From contig CAJINV010000006.1 in NCBI GenBank assembly GCA_905178155.1, positions 1,005,040 through 1,065,626 of the forward strand: a DNA stretch of 60,587 nucleotides. Direction: 5' to 3'. The translations under genes were made by a program, and so were the position numbers. This DNA is from Amoebophrya sp. A120 (lineage: Eukaryota > Protista > Dinoflagellata). The notes under the pieces are model-generated. The model ran no database searches, was not told the origin of the DNA, and saw nothing but the letters and a program-made list of their open reading frames with translations. Numbering within the stretch: position 1 is the first letter of the stretch; each line of letters starts with the position of its first letter. Of this stretch, positions 24,201 through 36,500 are shown in pieces.

Positions 24201-25468
24201 CGAAGACCCTGCAGCCCCGTATCAAGACGCAGTTTTTTTACCACGCAGTGGCCGTTTTTTACCACGTGAAGAAGAAGACCTCCTACTTGCCGATCTTCTC
24301 GCGGAAAGAGTGTTCGAATTCGTTCCCTCTAAACTCGCATTCGACGTGGATAATGACACGGTTCGGATCAAGCGCGCAAGTGGCTCCGGGGTGGAACGCG
24401 ACCCCCACCGCGAACCAAGAATGCTGCAGATGGGTCGCCGACTCCACCGGAGAGACAATTACGTGATTTCAGTCACCTCGGAACAATCACTGAAGTACAC
24501 CCCCCCGCCGGGGGATAGCGACTTGGACCTATCCGACAACCCAACCTACGTAATGTTTTACGGGGCTCGCCCAAGGAAGCAGGCAAAGCCCGTTTTCCGA
24601 TTCGACCTGGAGTTCGCCCCCAGGATCGCGACGGTGGATAAAGCGAGACCGAGTTTTGATGGGAACAACAGTAGTTCTTCATCTTCAGGCGCTAGTAGTA
24701 GTGAAAGTTCTGATGAATCGTTTGCGGCAGATGGAGCGAGAGTAGATCACGACCGTCGTTGGCAGGAAGTAGAACCCGTTGATTTCTATCGCGAGTTTGG
24801 CATCCCTTTGCCCCACGAACGGCGGGGCGGGTTTTCTTTTCGACCACAAGAAAATGATGTAGCCGGCGTCGAGGCCACGGCCGCCGGCGCGATTACTGAC
24901 GACGACGATGAACACATCATGTTGGGACCAATTTTGGCTTTGCCCAACCAGGATCATGATGGTGAGGATGATAATGTTGAAATAACTCCCGCCCGTGACG
25001 AGCCGGAGCAGGCCCAGGCCCACCGCGACGAGCCGCCTTCCTTCCACCCTCCCCCACCACCCATCGACGCGGAAGATACGGAGAACGCAAAGAGGCATTA
25101 TCCTCTCGCAAAAGTTCTTCTCACGATCTGTCACCCTTTGAAGAAGCAGATTCCGGGCCACTCGCTGATCTGCATGGACGTGGAGGTAACGTACCTATCA
25201 AATGCACATATGTCTGAATCTGGAAACTTGTGATGCTACTGGTTGTGAATGATGCATATACAACAGATTCTAGACAGAGTCATGTGAAACAAGCATGACA
25301 AAGACAAGCTTGCATTGTTCCAGACCCAGACACATTTGCGTTTGATACGCTGGAGATGTTGGGGACGATCAGCAAGTATTAACGGCTGATGGTGGTGGTA
25401 GCCCTAGAAGTGGCCCAACAACATACAAGGTAGCGGTTGGAGGAGAGAAGATTATCGATATTTGTTGA
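21262..25468 (+). CDS. uncharacterised protein, paralogue 1 (7 introners)
   Basis: Collinear with 28285-31777. Inserts at 22135-22279, 22322-22484, 22535-22785, 23042-23304, 23379-23531, 23751-24032 and 25196-25347 (the last lacks a clean TSD). Confidence 0.8.
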
Positions 25469-26629
25469 AAAACAGAAACTAATTTTGAAAAACAGAGACA
25501 TAGTGGAAGCCAACGACTCCCTCGCGCCACTCATCGGCCCCTTCCCGGCAATCCGGCACCAGTGGTGGTCCGATGAACGAGGCCGCAACGCGGTTGAAGA
25601 GTGATGCTCTGAAAAAGCTTTCTATATACTAGTGATAAAAAAAAAGTTAAAAAAGAAAAACAAAAACAGAACGAACAAAGAGTCGTGATCTTCCTAAGCA
25701 AGGTAGAACTGGTTCAAGAAGTAGTTTTTTTTGCAACGGATTTTCGCAACAGATTTAGATTTTCAACGGAGTTGGGCGTTTCATAAAAGTACCTTTTTCC
25801 AGCAGGCCGTATATTTTTAAAGCAGTTGTACACTACCGGTAGCAGTTACTAAGGATTTTTTCAAGCTTCTTTGCGTACAGGGATTTTTATTGAAATAGCG
25901 CTAGGGAAAAAAGGTGAGTAAACCTTTTTCCACCTTGCCGCATGTCTACAAACAAACAAACAAAAAACAGAGACATGAACAAATTTTGTGATACTACAAG
26001 AGACCGTACTAAAAAGAAACCGAAGTTGTAGGAGCTGTGCCATGATCATGGGCAGCTTTTTTATGTGATCGAACTCGAATACAGTGACAGGTTGTAAATG
26101 ATAAAAAGAGATCATTTCATTTTTGAATGAGGGCAACAGAAAGGGGCTGCGCCATGGTTGTGCGGCGCTGGTGTCGTCCGCTTTTGAGGTCGTCAGCATT
26201 ATAGCAAGCTCTGCAGCAGGTCTATTCTGTCTTTCTTCCCGCCAAAGGACTAGAACAATGTTGTTTTCCGCAGTGTCTTTTTCTGGAGCGAAGTAGATGA
26301 GCGAAGTAGATGAGAGCCATTTGTCATGCTGTTTCCCACTTCCATTTGCCTCCTGTCATGCTGAAGATGCAAGGCTTTCCCACGCCAGCCAGCGCTACGC
26401 TTCGCATCTTTTGCCTTCTAGCATGACAAAGCTGATTTGTGGCTACAAATTTGCATCACAGATTTTCGTTTTGCCATGGGGATCTATCAATGATACTTAC
26501 TTGTTTATTTCCTTTTCTATCGATGTTACTATTGTAGACAATGACAAGCATCGCAAAAATAAAGATTCGACCGCCGACGGTGCAGCTTCTATACGGAAGT
26601 TGTACTGGAACGACGGTTGTTCTGTAGCT

Positions 26630-27574
26630 CCACTTCTCCCTTGATAAAGCAGGCCGCCTTCGTTCCGTTGAACATGTAAAAGGCCGCCACAAGGCCGGCC
26701 TGCAAAAGTGGTTGGGCCTGGTTACATCTCTCCAGACCTCTTTTGGCATTGGGCAGACAGCCCAAAATTTCAAAAAAGCGGCGACAGCTTTTTTTTTCAG
26801 AAGTTGCCTTTTGAACATTCGTTCGCGCAGTCACTCGACCAAGTTTTTTTCGGTCGCTCGAGTTTTTTTTCGACCCCCGCCGAAACGAAAAATTGGCCGA
26901 GTGACGAACTTTTTTGGCGAAAATGATTTCGCTTTCCCGCACCTAAAATGCCGCTTTTTGGAAATTGAAGCGCTTCGTCACTCGGAGCTTTTTTCACAAA
27001 AAAAGCCCCCGTTTTTTTGTCGTTTTTGTTCTGTTTCAAAACATTTTTTTAACCTGTTTTTCTCCGAGTGACTATGGCGCGCAAGAATCAAAATTCGCAT
27101 TTTTGGCTTCATGCAGTCGGAAAGATTTGGGGCTTTTGCGCATTTGCGTAAGTTGCTTCTGCCTTTAGACAAGGTAGTTGACTGCCCTGGTCCGCCCAGT
27201 GACATGTGCCGCACACAGCCCCGTGGTTTGGGTATTTCCTTAGAGAGGCGCGCGTAAATGCGTTGCCGTTCATAGCTGGCATATATTTTTCAAAAGTTCT
27301 TGGCGCAGTAGCTAGGCTAAGAATTCTTTGCGTAGCCAGGAAGGCGTAGGAGCTCTTGCAGAGGCATGCGTGCTTCAGCGCGTCTGCCCCGGAAATGGCT
27401 AGAATTCAGCTCCGTCAAGGCGTCGAGACTAGTTCTGCAAAATGCAAGGCCCTTGCAGTCGAAGGGGAAAAGGTCGCGCGTTTCCTCCACATCAGAAGAT
27501 TTCTTTTTTTTCACCAATCAATTTTTCGAAAAATGAAAAATTGTGACTGTGGCGAACTTTTTTTTTTCGATAAG
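26630..27574. mobile_element. ~945-bp A/T-tract-rich insertion flanked by a 41-bp duplication
   Basis: 26589-26629 repeats at 27575-27615 with one mismatch; the insertion is absent from the paralogous site near 20550-20590. Confidence 0.55.
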
Positions 27575-28284
27575 CTATACGGAAGTTGTACTGGAACGAC
27601 GGTTGTTCTATAGCTACTGACGTGTCGTGTCGATCAAAACTAGAAGAGCAGTTCCAGGCGATAACGTAAAAAGCGTATCTAGTTTCATGTTGGCGTAAAG
27701 TTCATCGCACAACAAGTTCTCAAGTTGACAGATCCCGTTCCGCTCATTTTTCTGGTGGAAGCCGGACACCAGGGAAAACCACAGACGAAGACAGGAGGAT
27801 CATCCACTGCTATTTTGGTTCCTTTGCTGATCGTCGGGATCTATTTCTTGGTAGATGAACAGAGTAGAACTTGTTCTGAAAGCTGTTTACTACACTTAGA
27901 TAAAAATAAACTTTCAGACAAATAAACAACTTGTTTGTTTGTTTGTGTTCATGCGGAAGGTGGGAACGCGTTTACACACCTTTTTTCCTCTAGCGTTACT
28001 TCAAGAAAAATCCCTTTGCTTCGAAAGCCAGTGAAAAAAGCCAACCGAAAGTGCCTCTAACTACCTGCTACTGAAAAACTAGTCTGTTGTTTGCTCTTTC
28101 TTTGCTACTAAACAACTTCTACCACTTCTTTCTACCATTTTTTTTTGTCCTTTTCTCAGCTCGTCACATTTATTTTGTCTTCAATTTTGGTTTTTCTATA
28201 ATCTCGACAACACACATTTTCACTTTGTAAATACCCAATCCATGTATTTCTCCCGGAACCTCTACTACCAAAAGCAGCACAAAA

Positions 28285-31200
28285 ATGTCTACAACTTCGA
28301 CGGGACGTCGACCATTGCGTGGGGCAGCTGCCGTGCCGGTGCGCCGTAGGGTCACCGGTAGTACCGGTGCAGCAGTTCCTGGCGCAGCAGGTCCTGCGGC
28401 CAGCACGAAGATAATCTTCCGGGTGCTTGGGCTGCTTCATTTTTTCGACGGGCGTGGTGGTCTATTCGCGCCAGGAGCGTGGCACCAAAGTAGAAGAACC
28501 AGCAGCATCTTCCTAGCCGTGCAGGGTTTGCAACTGGAGAAATTGTATAAGGGGTCCGCTTTCTCTTCCTCCGCTCCGCCCGGTGATCACTTGTGTAGTT
28601 ATTCGGGCACGCCACATCAAGCAGAAGGAGCAGGACTACAACTTCTTCACACGGCTGCAGGTGCGCATGAACATCTTCAAGCGGCAGGAGAATTATCGGA
28701 TACCACTTCTCAAGAACCGATTTCGATTTCCTCGGCAAGAAGTGCCGCAGTAGCTGCAGTCCCAGGGCGGGAAGAACTAGAAGGTCCGTCTGCAGCTCCG
28801 GGCGAAGTACTAGATCAAGATGCCACGGCGGGCGTCAACATCTCCTTATCCCTGAAGCAGCGTACACTTCCAATCCTGAACCTTAACGGCGACACAATCA
28901 GTCATGTGTCTCTGCCGATTGAAAGCAGGGATGATTTTCGAAAGGAGTTTTTCGAAAATTATCTCTTGGTCGCAGAAGGTGCGAGGACAACAAGAGATAC
29001 TGCTGGCTATGCAGGCGCCGGTGGTACTAGTGGGACTACTGCAAAAGCAAATGTGGGCCACCTACAACGGAAAGAAGTGCTTCTACAGCCTTCCGAATTT
29101 CAGAAGGGCTTCCCCGGAACCTATAACGCCAAAATTGTTTTTGGTACAGCGCCGAATTTTTTTCCCGACCTGTGGAACATCGATTTCTGCAGTAGCGTGA
29201 GCAGGAGCTCCGGAAATTGCATTCCAAGTCGTGTGGGACCAGCTGCTCCTGGGGCCGCTGATAGCAGCTCGTCGTCTACGCGCGAGCAGGAGATGAAAAT
29301 TATGTGCGACCCCCACGACCACCTTGGACAAAATGATGAAACTACACAGCTTGACCTCTTCAATCGCCAGCTCTGTTTGAACGAAGTCGGGCTGGGGTTG
29401 GCTCATCATCTTCCAGGTCCATCTTCGATACACGGTCGTGGAACTGCTGCTGTAACAAATTTTCACCAGCACGCTGTGCTAATCAGAAGCCAATTACCGT
29501 CCTTGGCCGACCCCTGGACTTTCTACCGCGGCACAGACTTACTCGACAAAATCGAGGAGTACGTGTTCTCGGATCCGGGAGATGATTATCTTTATCAAAT
29601 AAACGGGTGTAGAAGAGAGCGGACCGTCCCGGGCGGAGGGATTAGATGCGAGAATTTTGTCATCGAGGAAGACCCTTCCGACCAAGAATTTCGAACGCAC
29701 GTGTTCACGGTCTTGAACAACATTTGGGTGGCCTTGCAGGAGGAGGCGCGCACAAACGAAGCGCTCGCCTTTGTGTTACTAGGGAAGAAACTACAAATGC
29801 AAAGTAAATCTGCTGCGCATAATAGAGAGGGTTCCTCGACTGCAGAACAAGGATCATCTTCATCATCATCTGGAAACTATAAAGCGAGGGAGGACGTCCT
29901 CGAGGACCCTGCAGCGCCGTATCAAGACGCAGGAGTTTTTTTACCACGCAGTGGCCGTTTTTTACCACGTGAAGACCTCCTACTTGCCGATCTTCTCGCG
30001 GAAAGAGAGTTCGAATTCGTTCCCTTATGGATGTGTCAGGATCGAAATCGACAGAGTTGAAATGATTTCTCATGCATAAAATGCAGCCCATAAAGTGCCT
30101 GTCTTGCAGAGTAGGCATCAAGTGAGGCAGATTGTAAGCCTGGTGAGGGGTAGAAACTGAGCTGCTAAAGTAGCATGACAAAAGGCATCTTCCTTACTTA
30201 CCCAAACAGCACGACAAACTGGATTTCGGTTCTACCCAAATTTGTCATGCGCCACTTGCAAGCTGGGTTACACCTGGCATCCATTTTATGCATGGCAAAT
30301 CATTTGAACTTTGTCGATTTCAAACCTGACGCTTCCATATCCCTCTCGACTCGCATTCGACGTGGATAATGACACGGTTCGGATCAAGCGCGCAAGTGGC
30401 TCCGGGCTGGAACGCGACCCCCACCGCGAACCAAGCGCGCTGCAGGAGGGTCGCCGACTCCACCGAAGTGGCAATTACGTGATTTCAGTCACCTCGGAAC
30501 AATCACTGAAGTACACCGTGCCCGAGAAATATCGCAAGAAAAAAGTGTTACAGTTACACACATAGTCTTTGCAGGCCAAGCAAGACAGACAAGCTCTGTC
30601 ATGCCGGATATGCATAGGGGCCTCGTTTCATCGGTGTTTTCTCGTAGGATTTCTGCATTACAAGTTTTCTCTCTCATGCAGAGAAATTTGTGTTGCTGAA
30701 TTGACTACAAATGTGTAACTGTAACACTTTTTTCGTGGGATAGGAATAGCGACTTGGACCTATCCCACGTCCCAACCTGCGCAATGTTTTACGGGGCTCC
30801 CCCAAGGAAGCAGGCAAAGCCCGTTTTCCGATTCGACCTGGAGTTCGCCCCCAGGATCGCGACGGTGGATAAAGCGAGACCGAGTTTTGATGGGTGGAAC
30901 AGTAGTTCTTCATCTTCAGGCGCTAGTGGTAGTGAAACTTCTGATGAATCGTTTGCGGCAGATGGAGCGGAAGTAGATCACGACCGTCGTTGGGAGGAAG
31001 TAGAACCCGTTGATTTTTATCGAGAGTTTGGCATTCCTTTACCCCACGAGCGTCGGGGGTTTTCTGTTCGAAAACAAGCAAATGATGTAGTCGGCGTCGG
31101 GGCCACGGCCGGCGGTGCAACTGGTGACGTCGACGAAGATGAACACATGTTAGGACCACCTTTGGCTTTGCCCAACCAAGCTCATGATGGTGAAGATGAT

Positions 31201-31777
31201 AATGTTGAAATGACTCCCGCCCAGGACGAGCCGGAGCAGGCCCAGGCCCACCGCGACGAGCCGCCTTCGTTCCCTCCCCCACCGCCCACCGACGCAGATA
31301 TGGAGAATGCAAAAAGGCATTATGGATTGCAAATATGTCTGGGTCTGGAAACTTGTAATGCTAAAAGTGAACGATAGACGCGCCGCAAGACTCAGCTATG
31401 CATGACAAACTTTGTGTCTGCCATGTCTTATGTATTCCGCATGGCAAACTGCCTTTTCGCATGACAGTTAAGCGGACTCTTTCGTGCCTAGGCAACACAG
31501 ATTCTCGAGTCATGCCAGACAAGCATGACAAACTTGCATTTTTCCAGACCCAGACATTTTTGCATTTGATAGGCATTATCCTCTCGCAAAAGTTTTTCTC
31601 ACGATCTGCTATCCTTTGAAGAAGCAGATTCCGGGCCACTCGCTGATCTGCATGGACGTGGAGGTAACGTACCCTGAAGGTGTTGACGATCAGCAAGTAT
31701 CAACGGCTGATGGTGGTGGTAGCCCTGGTAGCCCAACAACATACAAGGTAGCGGTTGGAGGGGAGCGGATTATCTGA
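28285..31777 (+). CDS. uncharacterised protein, paralogue 2 (3 introners)
   Basis: Uninterrupted first exon of ~580 codons; inserts at 30026-30339, 30530-30742 and 31321-31571; stop TGA at 31775-31777. Confidence 0.82.
30026..30339. mobile_element. family F introner (TIR TATGGATGTGTCAG..GAAATCGACA; ~310 bp)
   Basis: TSD TCCCT; empty site in paralogue 1 (GTTCCCTCT, ~24322). Second copy at 57403-57709, inverted. Confidence 0.92.
30530..30742. mobile_element. family D introner (TIR TATCGCAAGAAAAAAGTGTTACAG; 197-222 bp)
   Basis: TSD AGAAA/GGAAT. Other copies: 39076-39297, 40497-40715, 49790-49986, 57063-57274. Confidence 0.92.
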
Positions 31778-31973
31778 TAGGCGTTTATCGATATTTGTTG
31801 AAAAGCAGAAGAAGAAGTGAAGTACGTCGCGGGGGTGGCTTTCTATCGCAACCAGGATCAAACCTGGACTGTAGAATGACACCGAAATGTCGAAAGCACG
31901 ATGTTCGTGTGCACGCCCAAGAAGAAATGAAAGAGAACAGAACGATAGAAACTTTCACAGGACAAGCACTAGC

Positions 31974-32019
<46 letters not shown>
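31974..32019. repeat. (ATG)n microsatellite
   Basis: About 15 perfect units. Confidence 0.95.
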
Positions 32020-32020
<1 letters not shown>

Positions 32021-32067
32021 AAACAGAAACTAATTTTGAAAAACAGAGACATGAACAAATTTGGTAA

Positions 32068-32186
32068 TACTACAAGAGACCGTACTAAAAAGAAACAGGA
32101 GAGACCGTACTACAAGAGACCGTACTACAAGAGACCGTACCACAGAGGTAATACTGCAAGAGGCCGTACTACAAGAGACCGTACTA
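32068..32186. repeat. 15-bp minisatellite TACTACAAGAGACCG
   Basis: Several imperfect tandem copies; a single copy sits at the paralogous site near 25992. Confidence 0.8.
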
Positions 32187-33500
32187 AAGTTGTAGGAGCT
32201 GTGCCATGATCATGGGCAGCTTTTTTCTGTGATCGAACTCGAATACAGTGACAGGTTGTAAATGTTGATGAAATGAGGGCAACAGAAAGGGGCTGCGCCA
32301 TGGTTGTTCGGCGATGGTGTCGTCCGCTTTTGAGGTCGTCAGCATTATAGCAAGCTCTGCAGCAGGTCTATTCTGTCTTTCTTCCCGCCAAAGGACTAGG
32401 ACAATGTTGTTTTCCGCAGTGTCTTTTTCTTGAGCGAAGTAGATGAGAGACGAATGACATCAAAAAGAGCTTTTACTTGAGTGGAGTGGCGAGAGCGAGC
32501 GGTGTCCAAAAATTATTGAGCGTTTTCACGACTTTATTCACATGCAATATGCGAAGATGTGGAATGAGACCACGAAAGGTTCCCGAGGGTCTTTGGAGGT
32601 TCCGGTCCACACAGAAGTTCAACTTGCAGTTTTTAGAAGAGGCACCAAGAGATTGTCTTTCTTTTTCAGATATGTTTCTGACAACGAGTGCTGCTGAGCA
32701 GGAAGGAGGGTCCTAGTACATCAACCAAGTTGTACATTGACAGCTGTGAGAGCCGCGAGAGCCCCTAGGTGGAGTCGAGATGTGGCCGCATGGTGGTTGT
32801 ACAGCAACTGGCTACGTTGTATCCATGCTATCAAGATCTACAACCTTCTTCCCTGTCATTCATCTTCCGTGCACTTTTGCATTTGCAATCAAAAAATCTA
32901 GGGTAGAAAAGGAAGTAGAAGTAGTTTTTGGTGTAGAAGTTATTTCAGCTTGTACGTAGAAGAAAAATCTTTGGTTGCGCGTCCTCTGCGAAGTAGTTGT
33001 AGTACACATCTTGTAAATTTTTATTCTAATGCACCTGTAAATGCACTGTCACAGGACCTCCTGATTCAATAACTATCCGCTCCTAGTCCTGAGAAAAAGA
33101 AAATTTACGTTTTATCGATTTTTTTTAATGCATGCAGAGTTGCTGTTGTAATGTAACACAATTAATTACCTGAAACTCAACATTTACCACTCTGCGCTCA
33201 CCCAGCATCGCTGTTGGTTTTTTTGAGTTGCTTTTCCCCCACCTCGGAATTGGTTTTCGTCGATAACATCATCACTTCTTTCCACTTTTGCTGGAGCGCG
33301 CCCACTCGATTTTGCCGCATGTAAGGCGAATGCGCAGCATGTTTGCGTCGAGGAGGTTCTTGTGCACGTCTTCGGTGGGAGATGACGGTGTGACGTCAAT
33401 GCCGTACCACCCTTGTTCCGGCGCTGGCATCTGAAAGTGGTGCAGTCGTGCAGCCCTGCACCTTCGGGGAGAACAAGGGCACCAGCAGGCCGCGCCTAAA

Positions 33501-36500
33501 ATGCCCATGATAACTTGGGATCCGGGCAAAACACCGGCCAGCACAATGTCGTCCTCGTCTCTGCGACGTCACTTGCTCTTCTGGAGGAAAGCAGCTGCAG
33601 AAGCAAAAGAACTACACCTGCATACTTGCAACGGGAGAGGGAGAGCAGCAGAAGCACAACTACACTTGCATACTTGCAACGGGAAAATGTTGATCACCAA
33701 CACCATCAGAAGAAAAAGTAATTTCAGGTCGATGTTGAAAACCGTTTGGTATTTGCTCGCCATCCTGTCCCACTTTAGGATCTTCTTCGGCTATTTCTTC
33801 ATCCACACGGTACTAGAAGTCCTGGCTGCTCCGGAGACAAGTCAGTCTGACCAGCCAGCTGCACCGATAGCCGGAAAAACGGTGGTTGACCCGGAAAACC
33901 CGAGCAACACGCTAGCGGAAATCAAGATCTACGAACAGCCAAGAAAATCTACAACATCTGCAAGTAGAACATCAAGTACGGAAAGATCAATTCCTCATGC
34001 AGATGCGGCCGTAGAACATGAACAGCAAATACAACAACTTAGCGCGAAGAACAACATGAAACCGCCGATCTCTTCCACGGAACTTCTCCACCAACTACAA
34101 CAGGAAAACCTCCGTGCGCTGGAGGCAAAAGAGGTGATAAAAAGCAACGGCATTGTCCATTATGAGGAGGATGAAGAAGAAGGCGAGGCGCACAACATAT
34201 TAGCAACCGGAGATAATTCATTTGGCCAGAGAAGTAGTAGTATCAGGATTAACCACAACACCGGACAAAGTAGAAATCTTGGTGTCATCACCATTACCCC
34301 ACCTTTCTTGGTATTCACGACGAATTCCCTTTCTGACTTGGGGATAAAGCTCTACGCCGGTCAAAAATACGCGGTCACGATTCAGCTGAACGAGCAGAAC
34401 TGGCCCTACGATACCGCGCGGATGATGCTGGTCAGCTCAGAAATTTCGCAGCAACTAGCGACTCTAGGGTCCTGCCCACTTTACCAATTCGGCGACAGCT
34501 ACTCCCCCTATGACGGCACCGCCGTGATTCCTGCCGCGGCGGACGATGTTATGCAGGGCCGGTGGACTTTCGACCCCGTTGGCGCGACGATTCGGCACGG
34601 CGGGATGTTCAAGATCTGCGTTTCCCCCGGGGGCGATTTCAACTCCTTCGGAACCCTAGTGAACATTGACGCGGATGGGAACGCTATCCAGGAAAAAAAC
34701 TGTGTAAGTGTAACTATGTAGGAAGAGCAGCATCACAAATTCGCTCTGCATCATACAGGGAAAACCTGTCATGCGCAGCTAGTATCAGTGGAAACACGTA
34801 TGAGAGGAGCCTATGACGCAGATCTAGCATGACAAGTGATAACTGTTTTACATATTGCTGCATCTTCACAGACTTAGACTCACATAGTTTTTTCTTGGAT
34901 AAACGCGGTTGGGTACCAGGCGGCGGGGTTGACGGATACCTGTACCACGCCCGGTTGTTTCGCGAATCGAAGGTTTTACTGCTGGGCCGTCAACTCGGCG
35001 CTCATGCTGTACGCGCCCTCCGGGTACGACTGCTTGCTGTATTTCGAGGGCGTTTCCTACCAACAAGGGTATCCTGTGCGAATAAAGTATCGTACTCATA
35101 GTTGTAATCGCAATTATGCATGACAAGGCCCTCATTCAAGGTAAGGCAGCATGAGAAATTCCATTTGTCATTCTGCGCGAATTTGTAATGCGAAGACTAC
35201 TAGTACGATGCTTTTGCATTTCATAAAGGGCAACCGCAAACCATTGTCGGGCGCGTGCAGCACATGAAACTTTCCTGGGGTGTCACCACTATGGATTGTA
35301 AAAGTGTCTGGGTCCTCTGGAAGGATGTGAACTTGTGATGCGCATTTCAGAACACAGACAAATCTCTCATGCATAGGCAGCAAAAGATGTCCATTTCCTG
35401 TCACCAAAGTGGGGCGACATTTGTCATGCGGATTAAGCAATGCGGAAGCTTCTCGAAATCTGTGATGCTAGGGCTTCCAGGACAGACATCCTGTGCCATG
35501 CAAAGACAGCATGACTCTTCCAGACCCAGACATATTTGCAATTGATAACCACTGCGGATACACAAATTTCTAACGGAGAACAGGTCGGCGGCTGTCCCAT
35601 GTCCCTGCCCGGGACAAAGATCAAGGATATTAGCTATCCTGAGCAAAAACGCACCCACCTCAGAGTCAAGATGGGAAATCTGCTAGACAAATCGCCGCGC
35701 TTTGGTTGTTACGCATGACAAGTTTATTGGTCTCGTAGTGTAATTATCCTGTTTAGCTAGTTCAGCAGCGTCACAGGTCTGGCGCACTATCCCGATTCAA
35801 GGATCACAAATTCCAAAACACGACTAGAAAACCCTTCTCATGGGTCTCCGCATGACAAACATTCTCAGCATGCAGCTTTTGGCATTACAACTTTGGGGTG
35901 GGGGCGTTTTTACAAGTGATATTTCCTACCGGGCGTTGGAGTTACCCGCGAACACGAACTACACCACGGATATCAAAAGTAAAAATGTCTGGGTCTGGAA
36001 ACTTGTGATGCTGGGTGGCGTCTCATGATGAGGCTACAAATGCTGGCTCAGCATGACAAGTTTCTGAGCTCCTAGGTATTGCCTATTCTGCATGACAAAC
36101 TGCGTTTCTGCATCACAGGAAAACGGAGCTCTTGGGTAACGTGCGTGACAGATTTAAGAGTCATGCCAGACAAGCATGACAGACATGAATTCTTCCAGAC
36201 CCAGACATTTTTACATTTGATAAAGGATGTCTCCGAACAGGTAAAAACCGAAATCAACTACAACCTCGGGCCGGCGCAGACGATTCTGCCCGCGGGGTTC
36301 AAGTACAGCTTGTGCTTCTGCCCGGATTTCTATGAGAGAGCACAAAAATTATCCCCCTCCCCGAGCTTGTGATGCGGAAAAATACTAAACCCAACTGCTG
36401 CCTTGTGGCACCGTTTGCATGACAGATTCCCGAAGCAGGAGCCAAAATAGTATTACACTAGGCGCATGATGTGCTTGTCATACAAAACTCCACGTGGGCT

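Larger units (their letters stand above)
20059..32447. repeat. tandem segmental duplication (~20059-26316 and ~26317-32447)
   Basis: Collinear similarity of upstream intergenic DNA, CDS and downstream DNA; the second unit starts with an internal fragment of introner 19938-20247. Confidence 0.85.
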
